Source of the DNA: Candidatus Daviesbacteria bacterium
GTDB lineage: Bacteria; Patescibacteriota; Microgenomatia; Daviesbacterales; UBA10151
Length of the DNA: 64,000 nucleotides
Assembly: GCA_016176465.1 (NCBI GenBank)
Contig: JACOXD010000010.1
Span: forward strand, 7,497 to 71,496
Reading direction: 5' to 3'
In this document: piece by piece, positions 19,211 through 28,630 of the stretch
Position numbering within the stretch: position 1 is the stretch's first letter
Layout: every line of letters begins with the position of its first letter
Translations under genes and position numbers: made by a program
Notes under the pieces: model-generated
The model's database searches: none
What the model was told of the DNA's origin: nothing
Seen by the model: only the letters and a program-made list of their open reading frames with translations

Positions 19211-19369
19211 GTCCGATAGGAAGCATGCATATTGGACTTGCCTAAGATAGCGACTCTAGATAAGTGTATTTTAGGGACTTGTTAGTTTTGGTAATACCTC
19301 ACTTATGTCTTAGAGGATATAAGCATAGAGGATTACCGACAAAAAGGCCTGCGAGCAGCGGGCTTTTTT
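19211..19369 (+). ncRNA. Candidate small RNA (~160 nt) of unknown class, bounded by its own promoter and an intrinsic terminator; contains SRP-domain-IV-like GUCC-GAUA-GGAAGCA
   Basis: No ORF >6 codons; promoter upstream; GC hairpin GCCUGCGAGCAGCGGGC + U6 at 19346-19369. Confidence 0.3.
19346..19369 (+). terminator. Rho-independent terminator (A-tract, 6-bp stem, T6; probably bidirectional)
   Basis: GCCTGCGAGCAGCGGGC followed by TTTTTT. Confidence 0.6.
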
Positions 19370-19379
19370 GTGGATAACT

Positions 19380-19700
19380 CTAGTTAGATCCCTCTCCCCA
19401 GTGTGCCATTTCGTCAAAAATTTGATTTAGTGATAGCCCTTTTTTAGTCAAACTATACTCCACATGAAGAGGTATTTCCGGGAATATTTTTTTCTTAAGT
19501 AATCCTACTTTTTCTAGTTCATCCAAGCGCAGTGATAGCGTTTTTGGACTAACAGTTTGCAATAATCTTTGCAACTGCCCAAATCTTTTTGGTCCATCAA
19601 ATAAATTATGGAGTATATACATACTCCACTTACTGCCAATAACTTTTAGAGTTTTAACAACCCCACAATTTTTTGGGCAATGATCATGAGTAATATTCAT
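19380..19700 (-). CDS. HxlR family winged-helix transcriptional regulator
   Basis: CP...VIGSKWSMYIL..L..GPKRFGQL...SPKTLSLRL..LE..GLL. Confidence 0.8.
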   Translation of the reverse strand: MNITHDHCPKNCGVVKTLKVIGSKWSMYILHNLFDGPKRFGQLQRLLQTVSPKTLSLRLDELEKVGLLKKKIFPEIPLHVEYSLTKKGLSLNQIFDEMAHWGEGSN

Positions 19701-19782
19701 ACTTCATAAAATGTAACTACTTTACTTTTTATAGTAACTATTGATAGTATAGCAAAATCTAGGATTTGTCAAGGATAAAAAT

Positions 19783-20403
19783 ATGTCAAAAAAAATATAT
19801 AGTAAAATACCACTAATTGAGGAAATTAATAAAACCATGTCTGCGCTTAAACAAAACGGCATGGAAGCTTATTTTGTTCCAGATAGAAAAGCCGCCAAGG
19901 AAAAAGTTTTGCAAATAATCCCAAAGGGATCTGAAGTTATGAATATGACTTCGGTTACACTAGACAGTCTTTCCTTATCCAGAGAAATTACTAACTCTAA
20001 TAACTATAAATCTATAAGAAAAATACTTTCAAATATGAATAGAGAAACAGAGGGTTTGAGAATGCAACAGTTGGGAACAGCGCCTTCTTGGGCAATTGGA
20101 AGTGTTCATGCTATAACCCAAAATGGTCAAGTTATAATAGCTTCAAATACAGGTAGTCAGTTGCCATCGTATGCTTACGGTGCAACAGGCGTAATTTGGG
20201 TAGTTGGGGTACAGAAAATTGTTACAGATTTAAATCAGGGAATGGATCGAATCTATCAATATGTTCTTCCTCTTGAGTCCAAGCGGGCTAAAAAAGCATA
20301 TGGGGCATCAGGAAGTAATGTGAGCAAACTATTAATTATTAATAAAGAAATAAAACCTGGAAGAGTTCATATAATTTTAGTTAATGAAGTATTGGGTTTT
20401 TAA
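19783..20403 (+). CDS. LUD-domain (DUF162, LutC-like) protein
   Basis: Length and N-terminal pattern typical of LutC/YkgG-like proteins; weak assignment. Confidence 0.45.
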   Translation: MSKKIYSKIPLIEEINKTMSALKQNGMEAYFVPDRKAAKEKVLQIIPKGSEVMNMTSVTLDSLSLSREITNSNNYKSIRKILSNMNRETEGLRMQQLGTAPSWAIGSVHAITQNGQVIIASNTGSQLPSYAYGATGVIWVVGVQKIVTDLNQGMDRIYQYVLPLESKRAKKAYGASGSNVSKLLIINKEIKPGRVHIILVNEVLGF

Positions 20404-20430
20404 ACAGATTTGTGTTATATAAAATCTGTA

Positions 20431-21948
20431 ATGTTAGCTAAAGTATTATCAGGGGCAAATGTAGGATTGGATGCCCTTTTGGTTACTGTTGAGGTAGATA
20501 TTGCCTCGCAAGGTTTGCCATCTTTTACCATTGTAGGTTTGGCTGATCGTGCAATTGAGGAATCAAAAGAGCGGGTTCGCTCTGCTATTAAAAATAGTGG
20601 CGGGGAGTTTCCTGCCAAAAGGATAACAGTTAACTTAGCCCCAGCTGATTTTCCCAAAGAAGGACCAATTTTTGATTTACCTATTGCTCTTGGATTATTA
20701 ATCGCATCTGGACAAATAACTGCAAATTTAGATGATACATTAGTGTTGGGTGAGCTTTCACTTGATGGGACGCTACGTCGAGTCAATGGAGTTTTACCCC
20801 TTGCACTTCTTGCGCAAAGACTTAATCTAAAAAGAATCTTTCTTCCGAAAGATAATGCACCAGAGGCAGCAGTGGTTGAGGGGGTGGAAATTTATCCAAT
20901 GGAAAGTTTACTCCAAGTTTCCAAGTTTTTACTCAATCAGGAAGAGATAAATATCCAGCCAAAAACACAGTTTAATATTCAATCTTTCGATGAAGAATTT
21001 GATTTTGCCTATATTAAAGGGCAAGAACAAGCAAAAAGAGCCTTGGAAATTGCAGCAGCAGGAGGTCACAATATTTTACTTAAAGGCCCACCAGGTGCAG
21101 GGAAAACTTTGTTAGCCAGGTCTTTCTCTTCTATTTTACCTAAGTTAAGCTTTGATGAAGCAGTTGAAGTTACTAAAATTTATTCGGTTATGGGAAATTT
21201 ATCTGCAGATGAGCCAATTATAACTACGCGCCCATTTAGAGCTCCTCATCACAGCGCTTCTTATGTAGGTATGATAGGTGGAGGAAATACAATTAGGCCT
21301 GGGGAAGTTTCACTTGCTCATCGAGGGGTATTGTTTTTAGATGAATTTCCAGAGTTTTCCCGTCAAGTAATAGAAGCACTAAGACAACCATTGGAAGATC
21401 GGGTTATCTCAATTTCTAGAGCATCTGGATCTATGAGTTTTCCTGCTCAGTTTATTTTAATTGCAGCTTCTAACCCTTGCCCATGCGGATTTTTAGGAGA
21501 TCAAAAAAGGAACTGTATTTGTTTACCAGGACAAATCTCCCGCTATCAAAAAAAAGTTTCAGGCCCAATTTTAGATAGAATAGATATACATCTGGATGTT
21601 CCACCTGTAGATATTGATAAATTAACAGGCAAGGAGCTAGGGGAAGCTTCCAAAAAAATAAAAAAAAGGGTAGATGAGGCAAGGAAAATCCAAAGGCAAA
21701 GGTTTAGAGACTTTAGAATTTTAACTAATTCCGAAATGAATAATATTCAAATTAAAAAATTTTGCTCAATTAGCAAAGATGCGTTAGATTTATTAAAAAT
21801 GGCTATTGCCCAGATGAATTTATCTGCCAGATCCTATCATCGAGTTTTAAAGCTCGCCAGAACAATAGCAGATTTAGGCAAATCTGAATATATTAAAACA
21901 GAGCATATCGCAGAAGCCTTGCAATACCGGGCAAGAGAGGAGTCCTAA
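20431..21948 (+). CDS. comM: YifB/ComM family Mg-chelatase-like AAA+ ATPase
   Basis: Lon-like N-domain, Walker A GPPGAGKT, ChlI motifs; ATG at 20431 preferred over TTG at 20410. Confidence 0.85.
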   Translation: MLAKVLSGANVGLDALLVTVEVDIASQGLPSFTIVGLADRAIEESKERVRSAIKNSGGEFPAKRITVNLAPADFPKEGPIFDLPIALGLLIASGQITANLDDTLVLGELSLDGTLRRVNGVLPLALLAQRLNLKRIFLPKDNAPEAAVVEGVEIYPMESLLQVSKFLLNQEEINIQPKTQFNIQSFDEEFDFAYIKGQEQAKRALEIAAAGGHNILLKGPPGAGKTLLARSFSSILPKLSFDEAVEVTKIYSVMGNLSADEPIITTRPFRAPHHSASYVGMIGGGNTIRPGEVSLAHRGVLFLDEFPEFSRQVIEALRQPLEDRVISISRASGSMSFPAQFILIAASNPCPCGFLGDQKRNCICLPGQISRYQKKVSGPILDRIDIHLDVPPVDIDKLTGKELGEASKKIKKRVDEARKIQRQRFRDFRILTNSEMNNIQIKKFCSISKDALDLLKMAIAQMNLSARSYHRVLKLARTIADLGKSEYIKTEHIAEALQYRAREES

Positions 21949-21950
21949 AG

Positions 21951-21978
21951 AAAATCCCCCAAATTGGGGGATTTTCTT
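21951..21978. terminator. Bidirectional intrinsic terminator ATCCCCC-AAATT-GGGGGAT flanked by A- and T-runs
   Basis: Perfect 7-bp GC-rich stem between convergent genes. Confidence 0.6.
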
Positions 21979-21999
21979 TAGACAGGTATTTATCAAAAT

Positions 22000-22143
22000 T
22001 TAGGCGGCTCCGCCAATTCGATACATTCCTGTTCCACAAACAGAGCAAACACCTTTCATAGCTTTTTTACCATTTTTCATGGTAACTTCTTCTGTGTTGT
22101 TTGCATCTCTTTTTTGCCTGCACTTAACACAATACATTTGCAT
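22000..22143 (-). CDS. Small zinc-ribbon protein (47 aa, two CxxC pairs; DUF5679-like), missed by ORF track
   Basis: MQMYCVKCRQKRDANNTEEVTMKNGKKAMKGVCSVCGTGMYRIGGAA; strong SD AAAGGAGGTGA 8 nt upstream of ATG. Confidence 0.6.
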   Translation of the reverse strand: MQMYCVKCRQKRDANNTEEVTMKNGKKAMKGVCSVCGTGMYRIGGAA

Positions 22144-22174
22144 TTTAAAAGTCACCTCCTTTAAGATCTAGTTT

Positions 22175-22504
22175 TCAAAGCCATATTTGTCCAAAAAGGC
22201 TAAATCTGGCAAGACTTAAATATAATAAAGCTTGTAATCCTAAAGCTAAAAAGGATAAAATAAAAATTTTTAAAAGATCTAACTTTAGGTAGTTAAAATC
22301 CGAGTATAAGCTATCTTTGTTGGCTTTACTCGCAGAGAAGTTTTGCTTATCCGAAGGAAAGCTTTGCTTATCACGAAGGGACAAGCTTTGCTTACTTACA
22401 GGAAAGGTAAGTTTGCTTTTTATACTAGAGGTAGTTGAAGCGCTGCCATATAGCTGCTTTTTTAAATTCTGAAGCTTCTTTTCATCTAAAGTTAATTTAT
22501 ACAT
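22175..22504 (-). CDS. Hypothetical membrane-anchored protein with degenerate tandem 7-8-aa repeats (DKQSFPS-like)
   Basis: ~22-bp imperfect DNA repeats AAGCTTTGCTTAT x4 at 22331-22425; C-terminal TM helix. Confidence 0.45.
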   Translation of the reverse strand: MYKLTLDEKKLQNLKKQLYGSASTTSSIKSKLTFPVSKQSLSLRDKQSFPSDKQNFSASKANKDSLYSDFNYLKLDLLKIFILSFLALGLQALLYLSLARFSLFGQIWL

Positions 22505-22718
22505 CTTTAGCCTCTCCTACTATGGCAATGAGCCTAGCACGTTCAATTGAGCCTGTCAAGCACGAAATGCATTTTTGCACCTTGCCCTATAGTTGAAAAT
22601 ACGATATAATTTTTGAAATGAATGCTAAACTTTTAAGTAAAATGATTAATACCTATTGGTTTTACTTCCTCTAAAAAGGGAGTATTTTCTAACGCCAATA
22701 AAAAGGCCTTGGAAGAAA

Positions 22719-22741
22719 CCTCCCTAAGGGGAGGTTTTTTT
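22719..22741 (+). promoter_or_regulatory. CCUCCC-UAAG-GGGGAGG hairpin plus U7, ending 5 nt before the start codon (SD sequestered in 3' arm; terminator/attenuator-like)
   Basis: Read directly; same architecture at ~39289, ~41219 and ~41787 (minus strand). Confidence 0.5.
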
Positions 22742-22746
22742 GACCT

Positions 22747-23463
22747 ATGAGAGATGAAATTGGAGAATTAGTAAAAGCAAACGTGAGAGATTATGTAGCC
22801 CAACAGGGATCATTAGAACGTTGTGGACTATGTTGTGTTGTTATTCCTACTGGAACTTTTTCAAAAGGTGGAATGGTGTGTAAAGATCTATCTGTAAGTA
22901 CTGGCATTGCAGTATGTCAAATTTATGCTTCAAGACCAGCTGGTTGCCGACAGTTCGACTGTGGTAACTGCAAAGGACAATTTGAAAGACTTGATCATCT
23001 TGTATTAGAAGCTTTAGGTGGTCTAAAAAGTGCAGTTTACTATCACGAATATGAAGAAGGTTACTCAGAAACTGAAGCCATACCTAAAGCGATTAAGGAT
23101 ATGGCAAGGCTAGATTTATTAAGATTTTCACCAACAGTTTTAGGTTTAATAGAAGATGTCGAACTTACTAATAGAACTGCACCAGCTATTTGGGCTTTGG
23201 TAAGACCAGGCCGCCTTGGAGGAGTAGCACTACCAGATGATATTGTAATGGATTGCTTGGGGGTAGACACTTTCTTGAGAAATACTTCTGTAGCTGGAGC
23301 AAGAGAAACTTTAGTTTTTTCCAGGATGGTCGTTGCTAATGGGAACTCAAGTCCAAATGGTTTGTGGAGACCTGTTGAGAATTTAGTTGCCAGAGGATTA
23401 GGTTTAGGAAATAATGCATTCGCAAATTCCAATATTGGTGACCTATTATATGAAACAGGTTAA
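22747..23463 (+). CDS. YkgJ-family cysteine-cluster (CxxCxxCC) protein with uncharacterised C-terminal domain
   Basis: N-terminal ERCGLCCVV...C...C..C.C..C; K-poor C-terminal half; overlaps aroA start. Confidence 0.5.
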   Translation: MRDEIGELVKANVRDYVAQQGSLERCGLCCVVIPTGTFSKGGMVCKDLSVSTGIAVCQIYASRPAGCRQFDCGNCKGQFERLDHLVLEALGGLKSAVYYHEYEEGYSETEAIPKAIKDMARLDLLRFSPTVLGLIEDVELTNRTAPAIWALVRPGRLGGVALPDDIVMDCLGVDTFLRNTSVAGARETLVFSRMVVANGNSSPNGLWRPVENLVARGLGLGNNAFANSNIGDLLYETG

Positions 23464-24730
23464 AAGTCTAAGAATAAGAAAACTTAAAAAGATACTCTCT
23501 AAAAAAATCTCTATCCCTGGTTCAAAAAGTTATACCAATAGAGCTCTAATTTTAGCAGCTTTAACTAAAGGTAAAGTAGAAATTATTAATCCTTTATTTA
23601 GTGATGATACAGAGGCGATGATTGATTGTATAAAAAAATTAGGGATAAAAGTAGAAAAAAAGGAGGGTGATTTAGTAGTCTATGGATCTTTTAGTGATGT
23701 TAAGAATAAAATATTTAAATTAAATTGCAGACTTTCGGGAACTACTATTAGGTTTTTGCTGGCTTTTAGCTGTATTGTGCGAGGGATTGAAATTTTATTC
23801 GGAGAGAAAAGTTTAAATAAAAGGCCTATCAAAGAGTTAGTAGATGGGTTAATAAAGTTAGGAGCAAAAATTGAATATATAAATAAGGTAGGTTATCCTC
23901 CCATCAAAGTTAGCTCATCAAGCTTAAATGGAAAATCGACTCAACTTAAAGGTGATATAAGTAGCCAGTATTTCTCAGCGATTTTAATGATTGCACCAGT
24001 GGTGGGAAAAATGACTATTAATGTTTTGGGTAGGCAAATATCCAAGCCCTATATAGATATGACCATTGATACCATAAATAAGTTTGGGGGGAAAGTAAAA
24101 AATAATAAATATAGACAATATATTATTCCTAGAAAACAGAAATATAAAGCTAAAAAATACCTAGTGGAAGGAGATTATTCATCAGCAGGATATTTTTTTG
24201 CAATTGCAGCTTTAGCTAAAAGCAACCTAACTTTAACAAACTTAAATAAAGATTCCCTGCAAGCTGATAAAAAATTATTAGAGATTTTAGGAAAAATGGA
24301 CAACCAGGTAGTTTATGAAAAAAATGGCATCACCATAAAAGGAAAAGGGGTTAAACCAATTAGCACTGATATGGAGGACTGTCCTGACCAAATCCAAACT
24401 GTTGCAGTGATGAGTGCCTTTGCTGATGGGGAAACACAAATTAGAGGAGTTAGTAGCTTGCGAATTAAAGAAACAGATAGGGTAGCTGCGCTGCAAAACG
24501 AATTAGCTAAGATGAAAATTAAAACTAAAGCAAACAAAGATACATTATTAATATATGGGGGAAGTCCCAAGGCAGCATCGATTGATACCTATAATGATCA
24601 TCGCATGGCAATGTCTTTTGCCATAGCCTCCTCCAGGCTAGATGGAATGGTAATAAACAATCCTGAAGTTGTCTCAAAAACATTCCCACAATATTGGGAG
24701 AAATTAAAAGAGATAGGATTTAATTTATGA
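23450..24730 (+). CDS. aroA: 3-phosphoshikimate 1-carboxyvinyltransferase (EPSP synthase)
   Basis: ISIPGSKSYTNRALILAAL, LNCRLSGTTIRFL motifs; ATG at 23450 chosen over upstream ORF-track start. Confidence 0.9.
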   Translation: MKQVKSLRIRKLKKILSKKISIPGSKSYTNRALILAALTKGKVEIINPLFSDDTEAMIDCIKKLGIKVEKKEGDLVVYGSFSDVKNKIFKLNCRLSGTTIRFLLAFSCIVRGIEILFGEKSLNKRPIKELVDGLIKLGAKIEYINKVGYPPIKVSSSSLNGKSTQLKGDISSQYFSAILMIAPVVGKMTINVLGRQISKPYIDMTIDTINKFGGKVKNNKYRQYIIPRKQKYKAKKYLVEGDYSSAGYFFAIAALAKSNLTLTNLNKDSLQADKKLLEILGKMDNQVVYEKNGITIKGKGVKPISTDMEDCPDQIQTVAVMSAFADGETQIRGVSSLRIKETDRVAALQNELAKMKIKTKANKDTLLIYGGSPKAASIDTYNDHRMAMSFAIASSRLDGMVINNPEVVSKTFPQYWEKLKEIGFNL

Positions 24731-25230
24731 AAATTATATTAATTGGTTTTATGGGTTCTGGTAAAACAACTGTTGGTAAGGAGTTGGCTAAAAGATTAGG
24801 GGTAAAGTTAATTGATACTGATTCTTTAGTAATTAGAGCATCTGGAAGAAAAAGTATAAAGGAAATTTTTCAAAAAGATGGGGAAATTAGGTTTAGAGAG
24901 TTGGAAATCGAAGTTGCCAAAGAAGTTGCTATGCGAAAAGAAGATCTGGTTGTGGCAACAGGAGGGGGAGTCGTTTTGAACAAAATTATTTTGGATTACT
25001 TAAAAAAAGAGGGAGTAGTTGTCTACCTTGAGGCCTCTTTTAAGGAAATTGCCAAAAGATTAGAAGGTTTTAAAGATAGACCTTTATTTAAAAATTTAAA
25101 AGATGCGAGAAGGCTTTATCTGCTTCGAAAAATACTCTATCGCAGCTATAAAGATATTAAAGTTTTCACAAATAATAAAGATATAAATGAGATTGTTGAT
25201 AATATAATGAAAAAAATAAGGATTTATTAA
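24727..25230 (+). CDS. aroK: Shikimate kinase
   Basis: P-loop GFMGSGKTTVGK; size 167 aa. Confidence 0.85.
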   Translation: MKIILIGFMGSGKTTVGKELAKRLGVKLIDTDSLVIRASGRKSIKEIFQKDGEIRFRELEIEVAKEVAMRKEDLVVATGGGVVLNKIILDYLKKEGVVVYLEASFKEIAKRLEGFKDRPLFKNLKDARRLYLLRKILYRSYKDIKVFTNNKDINEIVDNIMKKIRIY

Positions 25231-26313
25231 ATGTCTGGAAATTCTTTTGGAACACTTTTTAAAATAACAACTTTTGGAGAATCCCATGGTAGGGCAGTTG
25301 GGGTAATTATTGATGGGTGTCCTCCAGGAATAGAAATTACTGAGGAAGAAATCCAAAAAGAATTGGATAGGCGAAAACCCGGACAAAGTAAAATTACCAC
25401 CCCAAGGAAAGAGGCAGATACTATCCAAATTACATCAGGGGTGTTTGAGGGCAAAACTACAGGAACTCCCATTATGATGATCGCTTACAATGAGGATATT
25501 GAATCTGATGATTATTTAGACTTAAAAGATTTGTACAGGCCTTCTCATGCTGATTATACATATGAAGCAAAGTATGGAATTAGAGATTGGCGAGGTAGTG
25601 GTCGAGCTTCAGCCAGAGAAACTATGGCTAGAGTTGCAGCAGGAGCCATTGCTAAAAAATATCTTAAGGAAAAATTAGGAATAGAAATTTTAAGTTATGT
25701 TGAGCAAGTTGGGGATTTAAAAACCAATATTGATTTTGAAAAGGTAACCCCCAAGCAGATTGAATCTAATATTATCCGCTGTCCTGATTCTAAAATAGCT
25801 TCAGAAATGATTAAGCTTATAGAAAAAGTTAGAGATGCTGGTGATTCGCTCGGAGGGATAATCAAAGGAGTTATCAAAGGAGCTCCGCCAGGTTTAGGGG
25901 AACCTGTTTTTGATAAGTTACATGCAAACTTAGGAAAAGCTATGCTTTCCATAAACGCTGTTAAAGGCTTTGATATAGGCTCTGGTTTTGCGGGAGTTTC
26001 TATGAGAGGATCGGAGCATAATGATCCTTTTTATATTGATGAAGGTAAAGTTAGAACTAAAACAAACTATGCTGGTGGAGTCTTGGGTGGAATCTCCTCT
26101 GGCCAAACAATTTATTTTAGAGTTGCCTTTAAGCCTGTTTCAACAATTAAAAAAAAGCAGCAAACAATAAATACCGCAAAAAAACAAGTTTTCTTGGAAG
26201 CTTCAGGAAGGCATGATCCTTGTGTTTTGCCTCGGGCTGTACCAATTGTTGATGCAATGGCAGCCCTAGTAATAATGGATTTTTATCTAGTTCATAGAGG
26301 TAAAAGTGAGTAA
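25231..26313 (+). CDS. aroC: Chorismate synthase
   Basis: GNSFG..F...[18 protein letters not shown] motifs. Confidence 0.9.
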   Translation: MSGNSFGTLFKITTFGESHGRAVGVIIDGCPPGIEITEEEIQKELDRRKPGQSKITTPRKEADTIQITSGVFEGKTTGTPIMMIAYNEDIESDDYLDLKDLYRPSHADYTYEAKYGIRDWRGSGRASARETMARVAAGAIAKKYLKEKLGIEILSYVEQVGDLKTNIDFEKVTPKQIESNIIRCPDSKIASEMIKLIEKVRDAGDSLGGIIKGVIKGAPPGLGEPVFDKLHANLGKAMLSINAVKGFDIGSGFAGVSMRGSEHNDPFYIDEGKVRTKTNYAGGVLGGISSGQTIYFRVAFKPVSTIKKKQQTINTAKKQVFLEASGRHDPCVLPRAVPIVDAMAALVIMDFYLVHRGKSE

Positions 26314-26362
26314 TTTGTTGACAAATTCTAAAGCGTCAGGTTAATATTAAAAAGAGTAATAT

Positions 26363-26824
26363 ATGTATCCGGCTTGGGTATGGGATACCTTCCTTCTTTT
26401 AGGGTTAGTTTGGCTTTGTATTTTAACTTATTTTTTTTGGAAGGAAAGAAAAATATATAAAAAATTTTTTCCAAATGAGCAGGATAAAGATTTTACTGAT
26501 AAATTAAAAGAGATCTTAGCTAATTTAAAAGAGGGGGAAATTAAAGATAGGCTGATTATTAAAAATCAAAGGCAGATATCCTTTGAAGGCTTAAGTCATC
26601 TTCAAAATATAGCTGTTTTAAGATATAACCCTTACGAGGATACAGGTGGGAGTATGAGTTTCTCGCTTGCTTTGCTGGATGGTCACAGTAACGGAGTAGT
26701 ATTAACGAGTTTACATACCAGAGCAGGAACCAGAGTTTATACTAAAGAAATTAAAAAAGGCGAAAGTGAAATTGCACTCTCAAAAGAAGAAGAGCAGGTT
26801 ATAGAAAAAGCAATTAACAAATGA
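26363..26824 (+). CDS. Hypothetical membrane protein (N-terminal TM helix)
   Basis: ORF with sigma70-like promoter TTGACA-17-TTAATA at ~26318-26346. Confidence 0.4.
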   Translation: MYPAWVWDTFLLLGLVWLCILTYFFWKERKIYKKFFPNEQDKDFTDKLKEILANLKEGEIKDRLIIKNQRQISFEGLSHLQNIAVLRYNPYEDTGGSMSFSLALLDGHSNGVVLTSLHTRAGTRVYTKEIKKGESEIALSKEEEQVIEKAINK

Positions 26825-28002
26825 GTCCAATAACTTCAGTATTTAATAATTTAACTAAAATTCAAAAATATTTGGTCATTGCCATCTTGGTTGTTTTAAT
26901 GTATATAGCGACATCAACAATTTCTTATTCCTTACTTATAAAATCTTTTGTAGGTAAACAGTCTGAAGATTTAGCCTCATCTATCCCTACTCCCAGTAGT
27001 ATTGTTGAAGAAGATCCTAAAGAACCAAAGACTGAGGAGTGTCCATTAAACGGTAGAATGCATACTAAAAAAGCTAAAGCAGCCTGGGATTTAAGACGCC
27101 CACTGGCTATAATGGTTGAGAACCACAGCGAAGCAAGACCACAATCAGGTTTGACATCAGCAGATGTAATCTATGAGGCTGTGGCCGAAGGAGGAATTAC
27201 TAGGTTTATGGCTGTTTTTCTTTGTAATTTGTCTGAGGTTCAAGTTGGACCTGTTAGATCAGCAAGGACTTACTATTTAGATTGGTTATCCGAATATGAT
27301 GCCCTTTATGCTCATGTAGGAGGAGCCAATACTCCAGGTCCTGCTAATGCCTTGGGACAAATTATCCAATTTGATCTTAAATCCCTAAACCAGTTTGGAA
27401 TTGGCTATCCCACTTATTGGAGAGATTACCAAAGATTAGGTAAACCTGTGGCAACGGAGCATACTATGTATTCCACAACTAAAAAGTTATGGGAAGTTGG
27501 CGCTAAAAAAGAATGGACAGCAACCGATTCATCAGGGCTTCGCTGGGACTCTGAATTTGAGAAATGGTTGTTTAAAGATGATAGTGCATCTGATGCCTCT
27601 GCTAAATTAATAACTGTGAATTTCTGGGAAGGCAAAGGAGATTACCAAGTTGAGTGGATATATGATGGCGCCTGCAATTGTTATAAACGTAAAAACGGCG
27701 GAGCTGACCATACGGATTTAAATAACAAACAACAAATTTCTCCTAAAAATGTAGTAATTCAATTTATGAGAGAATCAAGGGCAAATGACGGTTATGAGGG
27801 AAATGTCCATTTACTTTATGCCAATAAAGGGCAGGGCAAAGCATTAATTCTCCAAGATGGTAAAGTCATTGAGGGGCAATGGGTTAAGCCAAATAGGCAG
27901 TCAAGAGAAAAATTTATAGACAGTGAGGGTAGCGAAATTGAATTTAATAGAGGTCAACTTTGGATCCAAACTGTCCCGGAGGGATCCAAAGTTAGCTATT
28001 AA
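26821..28002 (+). CDS. DUF3048 (YerB-like) lipoprotein-type domain protein
   Basis: N-terminal TM; conserved MVENHSEARPQSGLTSADVIYEAVAEGGITRFMAVF block. Confidence 0.55.
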   Translation: MSPITSVFNNLTKIQKYLVIAILVVLMYIATSTISYSLLIKSFVGKQSEDLASSIPTPSSIVEEDPKEPKTEECPLNGRMHTKKAKAAWDLRRPLAIMVENHSEARPQSGLTSADVIYEAVAEGGITRFMAVFLCNLSEVQVGPVRSARTYYLDWLSEYDALYAHVGGANTPGPANALGQIIQFDLKSLNQFGIGYPTYWRDYQRLGKPVATEHTMYSTTKKLWEVGAKKEWTATDSSGLRWDSEFEKWLFKDDSASDASAKLITVNFWEGKGDYQVEWIYDGACNCYKRKNGGADHTDLNNKQQISPKNVVIQFMRESRANDGYEGNVHLLYANKGQGKALILQDGKVIEGQWVKPNRQSREKFIDSEGSEIEFNRGQLWIQTVPEGSKVSY

Positions 28003-28042
28003 TTATTAGTCAAATTAATCTGTCCAGAAGGGTGGTGGGAGA

Positions 28043-28627
28043 ATGGATGAAATTATAATTTCCAAAGTCCGGGTAAAAATCCTTCAGCTTTTTTTATCTT
28101 CAAGCGAGAACTTGTTTCATGTAAGAGAAATAGTCAGGCGTGTTGATGAAGAAATCAATGCAGTAAGACGTGAATTAGCGCGGATGGAAAAATATGGACT
28201 ACTCTCTTCAGAATGGCGGGCAAATAGAAGATTGTATAGATTTAGGAAAGAATATATTTATTTTCCCGAACTTCTAGCGATGGTTGTAAAATCCGCTGGG
28301 ATAGGAGGAGATATCATCAAAAATAAAGTGAAACTGGGAAAAATTAAATATGCAATGTTGGCAAAAAGATTTGTTAATAATGAACCATCCGGTGCTGAAG
28401 ATGTTGATATATTAATAGTAGGTCAAATTATTTTACCCGAACTTCAGGTAGTAGTAGCAGATGAACAGGCAAAAAGAGAGAGAGAAATAAATTACTCCTT
28501 TATGGATGAAGCGGAGTTCAATTTTAGAGTCAAAAGAAGAGACCCTTTTATTTTGAGGGTTTTAATCCAGCCTAAAATTATGTTAATTGGGGATGAAGCC
28601 GACTTTTTATCTGGTGTAATACTTTAG
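28043..28627 (+). CDS. Hypothetical protein with N-terminal winged-helix-like segment
   Basis: ORF only; weak wHTH-like pattern. Confidence 0.35.
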   Translation: MDEIIISKVRVKILQLFLSSSENLFHVREIVRRVDEEINAVRRELARMEKYGLLSSEWRANRRLYRFRKEYIYFPELLAMVVKSAGIGGDIIKNKVKLGKIKYAMLAKRFVNNEPSGAEDVDILIVGQIILPELQVVVADEQAKREREINYSFMDEAEFNFRVKRRDPFILRVLIQPKIMLIGDEADFLSGVIL

Positions 28628-28630
28628 TTT

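Noticed and set aside
19211-19369. Definite SRP (4.5S) RNA assignment
   Set aside because: Only a short domain-IV-like motif matches. The length (~160 nt) and lack of obvious 5'/3' pairing do not fit a small SRP RNA, so it is kept as a generic sRNA candidate.
20415-20786. 123-aa antisense ORF within comM (and 23061-23432 within the YkgJ-like gene, 28624-29022 across secD start, 10502-10798 across the TrpR-like gene)
   Set aside because: Antisense to conserved coding sequence. K-poor and Ser/Pro-rich translations typical of wrong-strand reading of AT-rich genes.
22505-22746. T-box or riboswitch leader for the aro operon
   Set aside because: No T-box consensus (AGGGUGGNACCGCG) or recognisable riboswitch core. 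Only the anti-SD/SD hairpin is evident, reported separately.
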